Assembly (NCBI GenBank): GCA_001029775.1
Contig: CP011215.1
Location: forward strand, 554,303-618,302
DNA: 64,000 nt
Origin: Candidatus Campbellbacteria bacterium GW2011_OD1_34_28
Lineage (GTDB): Bacteria > Patescibacteriota > Minisyncoccia > Phycocordibacterales > UBA12079
Reading direction: 5' to 3'
A program made the position numbers and the translations under genes. Below the pieces are notes generated by a model. That model searched no databases and had not been told where the DNA came from. It saw nothing but the letters and a program-made list of their open reading frames with translations. Shown in pieces: positions 60,717-64,000 of this stretch (within the stretch, counting starts at the first letter, position 1; the number at the start of each line of letters is the position of its first letter).

Positions 60717-61754
60717 CTATAGATTTGTCAGCTTCATCAGACAAAGCTCCAAAGGAAGTTGTTTTATAAAAGACTTCCCAACCTTCTCCCCCACTTCCAA
60801 CATTTCTTTTATTGTTTCAGAGGAAATATTAGCTTCTTTGTTGTCCGCCAATTCTTGAACAAATTTAAAATCTTCTTCCGACAATTCTCCCTCTATTTGT
60901 TTTACCATATCCTTTGAAAATCTAATCAACAAAATGGCTCGCAATTTGTTCAAAATCAATCTCACAAAAACTTTCATATCTACATTATTTTCTACCGCTC
61001 TATCAATCGCTTTCAAACCAGTTTCCATATCTTTGTTTGCAATCCCAAAAATAAAATCGTTTACGAGTCTTGCCTTTGGAGCGCCTGTCACTATTTCTAC
61101 TTCTTCAATACTGATTGTTTTGTCCACAGACGAGCTAATTACTTTTTGCAAAATACCATGTGTATCACGAAAAGACCCATCTCCCAATAGAGCAATCAAA
61201 TCTGCAGAAGCCGGTTCAAGCTTGAAACCTTCTTTCTTTGCAACATCCAAAACCAAATCTTTTAAAATCTTTTGTGATGGTTTTTTAAATTGAAAAGTTT
61301 GGCACCTAGAAACTATAGTATCTGGCAATTTTTCTATTTCGGTTGTCGCCAAAATAAATATCACATGCTTTGGTGGTTCTTCCAAAGTTTTTAGAAGAGC
61401 GTTGAAAGCCTCTTTGGTAAGCATATGAACTTCATCTATTATGTAAACTTTGTATTGAGATTCAAAAGGTAAAATATTTACCGATTCACGCAATTCACGA
61501 ATGTCATCAATTCCTCTGTTTGAGGCGGCATCAATTTCGTAAATATCATTTTCAGTTGTTTTTATTTCATTGGCAAAAATCCTTGCGATAGATGTCTTGC
61601 CTGTTCCTCTGGTTCCGGCAAAAAGATAAGCGTGAGATATATTGCCCAAATTTATTGCACCACCCAAAGTCTTTACAATATGATCTTGTCCCAATACTTC
61701 TTTAAAATTGGAAGGGCGATATTTTCTATATAAAACTGTGTGCTCTTTTGTCAT
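60717..61754 (-). CDS. dnaX: DNA polymerase III gamma/tau (short form)
   Basis: LYRKYRP, GTRGTGKT, EIDAASN, DEVHML, SRC. Confidence 0.96.
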   Translation of the reverse strand: MTKEHTVLYRKYRPSNFKEVLGQDHIVKTLGGAINLGNISHAYLFAGTRGTGKTSIARIFANEIKTTENDIYEIDAASNRGIDDIRELRESVNILPFESQYKVYIIDEVHMLTKEAFNALLKTLEEPPKHVIFILATTEIEKLPDTIVSRCQTFQFKKPSQKILKDLVLDVAKKEGFKLEPASADLIALLGDGSFRDTHGILQKVISSSVDKTISIEEVEIVTGAPKARLVNDFIFGIANKDMETGLKAIDRAVENNVDMKVFVRLILNKLRAILLIRFSKDMVKQIEGELSEEDFKFVQELADNKEANISSETIKEMLEVGEKVGKSFIKQLPLELCLMKLTNL

Positions 61755-62064
61755 ATTGAGAATATTTTACCATAAAAATAATATTTAATTTATACCAAGG
61801 TTTAACTTTGATATAAAAAGGGCGGTGCTTGCGCACCGCCCTCAAACCTCAAAACCCAAGAGGTTTGTCAGCCCTTATTGGTCAGATCTGCTTCTCAAAA
61901 GCCTCCAATAAAATCACCTCCTTTTAGGTTGTCAGGTTATCCCATCAGATCGCCGTAACAATCGGACAGATCTTCAAGGGAAGTTCCCATCTTCTTCGTG
62001 GTCCTGAGAATCTTCAACCCGCGATTAATTTTTTCTCATTTCCGAATCCTCTAAGGGTGTTTCG

Positions 62065-62277
62065 TCATCCACAGGCTATGACACCGGCAACGATCCCATG
62101 AACAGGAACATGCGCAAATGTCTCTACGCCGAGGGTTTGCGCCTTCTGGTCATCATCGTGCAAATCGGGACGATCGTGAACTTCAGGCCGACGGTGATCC
62201 GCCAAATGGAATTCGTCATCGTCTTCCAGCAATAGCGATAGGTCTACTTCATCTTTTCTTCCTTTTGGGTCGGCCAT
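62065..62277 (-). CDS. hypothetical acidic 70-aa protein (cassette cargo)
   Basis: SD AGGAGG, GC-rich, terminator 61816-61842. Confidence 0.5.
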   Translation of the reverse strand: MADPKGRKDEVDLSLLLEDDDEFHLADHRRPEVHDRPDLHDDDQKAQTLGVETFAHVPVHGIVAGVIACG

Positions 62278-62454
62278 GTTCTTTCCTCCTGAAACTGGGT
62301 TAGTTAAAAATACATCTGATTAATATAATATTGTTTTTTAAATAAAAATCAACAGCAAGCAAAAGTTTAAACTTTTTTATTTACTTTTTAACTCAAATAT
62401 TGTAGTGTTTCAAATAGATTGAGAACTTTTTGAATCTTTGAAAAAGGAGAAAAT

Positions 62455-62850
62455 ATGCAAGAACAAGAAGAAAAACATGTCTATTCTGACAAATGGCCTA
62501 AGAGATGGAAAGAATCTTTGGACAAGTGGCAAAAAGTTAAAGAACTGCATCAAAACAATATTTCGAATATAAAAATTAAGATAAAAATAGGAGGAAGTTG
62601 CGGTTATTGTAAAGAATTTGGTGCAATTTCTCTTTCGAGTATACCATGCCTGAAATGTAGCCTTTTTCAGAAAAAAATTTGTATATGTTTAAGAGGAGAC
62701 GCTATAACATCTGGGCGTTTTGCATATTGGGAATTATTTAATGAACTCACTAAAAAAGATCACAGCAAAGAAATCATCAGCTCATGTATTGATAAAATAA
62801 TTACCGCCATAGAAGAAGACGATCCTTCAAAAGTGACGGCTTCTGCATAA
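62455..62850 (+). CDS. Cys-rich hypothetical, paralog of 60239-60616
   Basis: WPKRW, CGYC, CLKC, EDDPSKVTASA; family-C leader and trailer. Confidence 0.7.
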   Translation: MQEQEEKHVYSDKWPKRWKESLDKWQKVKELHQNNISNIKIKIKIGGSCGYCKEFGAISLSSIPCLKCSLFQKKICICLRGDAITSGRFAYWELFNELTKKDHSKEIISSCIDKIITAIEEDDPSKVTASA

Positions 62851-62923
62851 AAACAAAGGCTGACTTTCGCCAAAAGCGAAAGTCAGCCTTTTAAAATTGT
62901 AAAACGTCCGACATCTTACAATT

Positions 62924-63298
62924 TTAAAACTTGAATAAGTTTTTTAGTTTGTTCAAAAAACCTTTGTCTGTTTCTGTAGGAACATAATTTTGTTTTTCGT
63001 CCACAATCATAATTATATTTTCACCTTCTTTTGCTACCTGAAACTTGCTTCTGATCTCTTCTTCTTTACCTTCTGATGTATTTAAACTGGAAATCTCTGT
63101 TTTAACAAAATCTTTTCTTGTTTTTAATTCTATTAATTCATTCTCTGCAACATTTCTATTATCACCTGTCAGCTTTGCTTCTCTATAAGCATTCCATGTT
63201 CCCTTGGCGATTAAAAGAAAAAGTATAAAAACAATCCCGACACTTATGCGAGAATAAATAATTCTTTTTACATATCGTTTTTCCTCATAATCCAACAT
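62924..63298 (-). CDS. septum formation initiator (FtsB/DivIC-like)
   Basis: TM + coiled coil + EEEIRSKF..AKEGE. Confidence 0.75.
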   Translation of the reverse strand: MLDYEEKRYVKRIIYSRISVGIVFILFLLIAKGTWNAYREAKLTGDNRNVAENELIELKTRKDFVKTEISSLNTSEGKEEEIRSKFQVAKEGENIIMIVDEKQNYVPTETDKGFLNKLKNLFKF

Positions 63299-63383
63299 TG
63301 CTTTTATTTTAACAAAATAAAAGCGATTTATAAAATTAACAACTTTCTTGCTACTTAATACTTATTACTTTATACTTATTTTT

Positions 63384-63491
63384 ATGATATTTGATAAGAA
63401 AAATAAAAAAATAATAAAGATTTTTTGGATGGTTTTGGGAGCACTTTTAATCGTTAGTATGATATTGCTCTATACTCCATTATTTTTTTAA
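63384..63491 (+). CDS. 35-aa membrane peptide
   Basis: KKNKKIIKIFWMVLGALLIVSMILLY. Confidence 0.45.
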   Translation: MIFDKKNKKIIKIFWMVLGALLIVSMILLYTPLFF

Positions 63492-63555
63492 GAGATTGTC
63501 TAAGAATTAAAAAAGGCCTCGTGCAAGCACGAGGCCTTTTTGGTTCTCTTCAGGT

Positions 63556-63990
63556 TTACTTAAAAACTTTCCTGAAGAAGAACCAAATGAGAGCAATGAT
63601 CACCCCAAGGGTGATAATGCTCTCAGCGAGCTGGGGCTGTGTCCGGACGAGGACGCTCAATCCTACGACCGTCACAACGATCGGAGCGATCCGACCGATC
63701 TGAGCACCTGCCCAGCGACTGAAGCGGGCCAACGAGTGACCCATGCCGGTCAGGATGTCGCCAGAGATAGCGCCGATCCCCAGATGCATTGCAGGAACGG
63801 TCAACGACGCAATGACATCGTTGGTCACCAGATAACCAACCCAACCGGTGATCCCAAGGGTCGTCGGAACGACCACCAAAGAACCCAGCACACTACCGAT
63901 GCGCCACATCCGGAAAGCCCGGTTGTAACGCCAGAGGCCACCGACGATGGCGGTGATCAGTAGAAAACCCCAGAAAACCAACTGACTCAA
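63556..63990 (-). CDS. GC-rich multi-TM hypothetical (cassette cargo; start may lie at window edge)
   Basis: four hydrophobic segments; terminator 63509-63542. Confidence 0.6.
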   Translation of the reverse strand: MSQLVFWGFLLITAIVGGLWRYNRAFRMWRIGSVLGSLVVVPTTLGITGWVGYLVTNDVIASLTVPAMHLGIGAISGDILTGMGHSLARFSRWAGAQIGRIAPIVVTVVGLSVLVRTQPQLAESIITLGVIIALIWFFFRKVFK

Positions 63991-64000
63991 CTCATATCCG

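Noticed and set aside
46-61293. Numerous antisense ORFs overlapping core genes
   Set aside because: Shadow frames of well-supported genes without their own expression signals.
60239-62850. Diversity-generating retroelement TR/VR pair
   Set aside because: Differences between paralog ends are not adenine-specific and no reverse transcriptase is present.
1-64000. Alternative genetic code (UGA=Gly)
   Set aside because: Long core genes translate intact in code 11 and mltG ends with TGA.

Overview
AT-rich bacterial chromosome segment in the standard code (TGA is used as a stop). Gene content fits Patescibacteria/CPR, probably Parcubacteria: CPR-type VirB2-like pilins, a short GAD-less AspS, a short DnaX, L9 present and a sigma4+HARE-HTH protein. 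The backbone is housekeeping (corA, ctpA, rplI, rpmA, gltX, murG, ftsW, gyrA, rpsA, pth, mltG, lepA, murJ, tyrS, aspS, mraY, scpAB, dnaX, rnpB, tRNA-Gln), and many of these genes look leaderless. Between them sit about 20 self-contained 1-2 gene cassettes (own -35/-10, Shine-Dalgarno, ORFan cargo, hairpin terminator). Three families of these cassettes share near-identical non-coding leaders and/or trailers around different cargo, and no integrase or transposase is present in the window. Other notable items: a ~680-nt RNase P RNA with three related hairpin expansions, an ArsR-like gene bracketed by a perfect 32-bp inverted repeat, a 220-bp element at the tRNA-Gln 3' end, a candidate sRNA, and several dispersed repeat families. 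All family assignments are by eye from motifs; no database searches were run.
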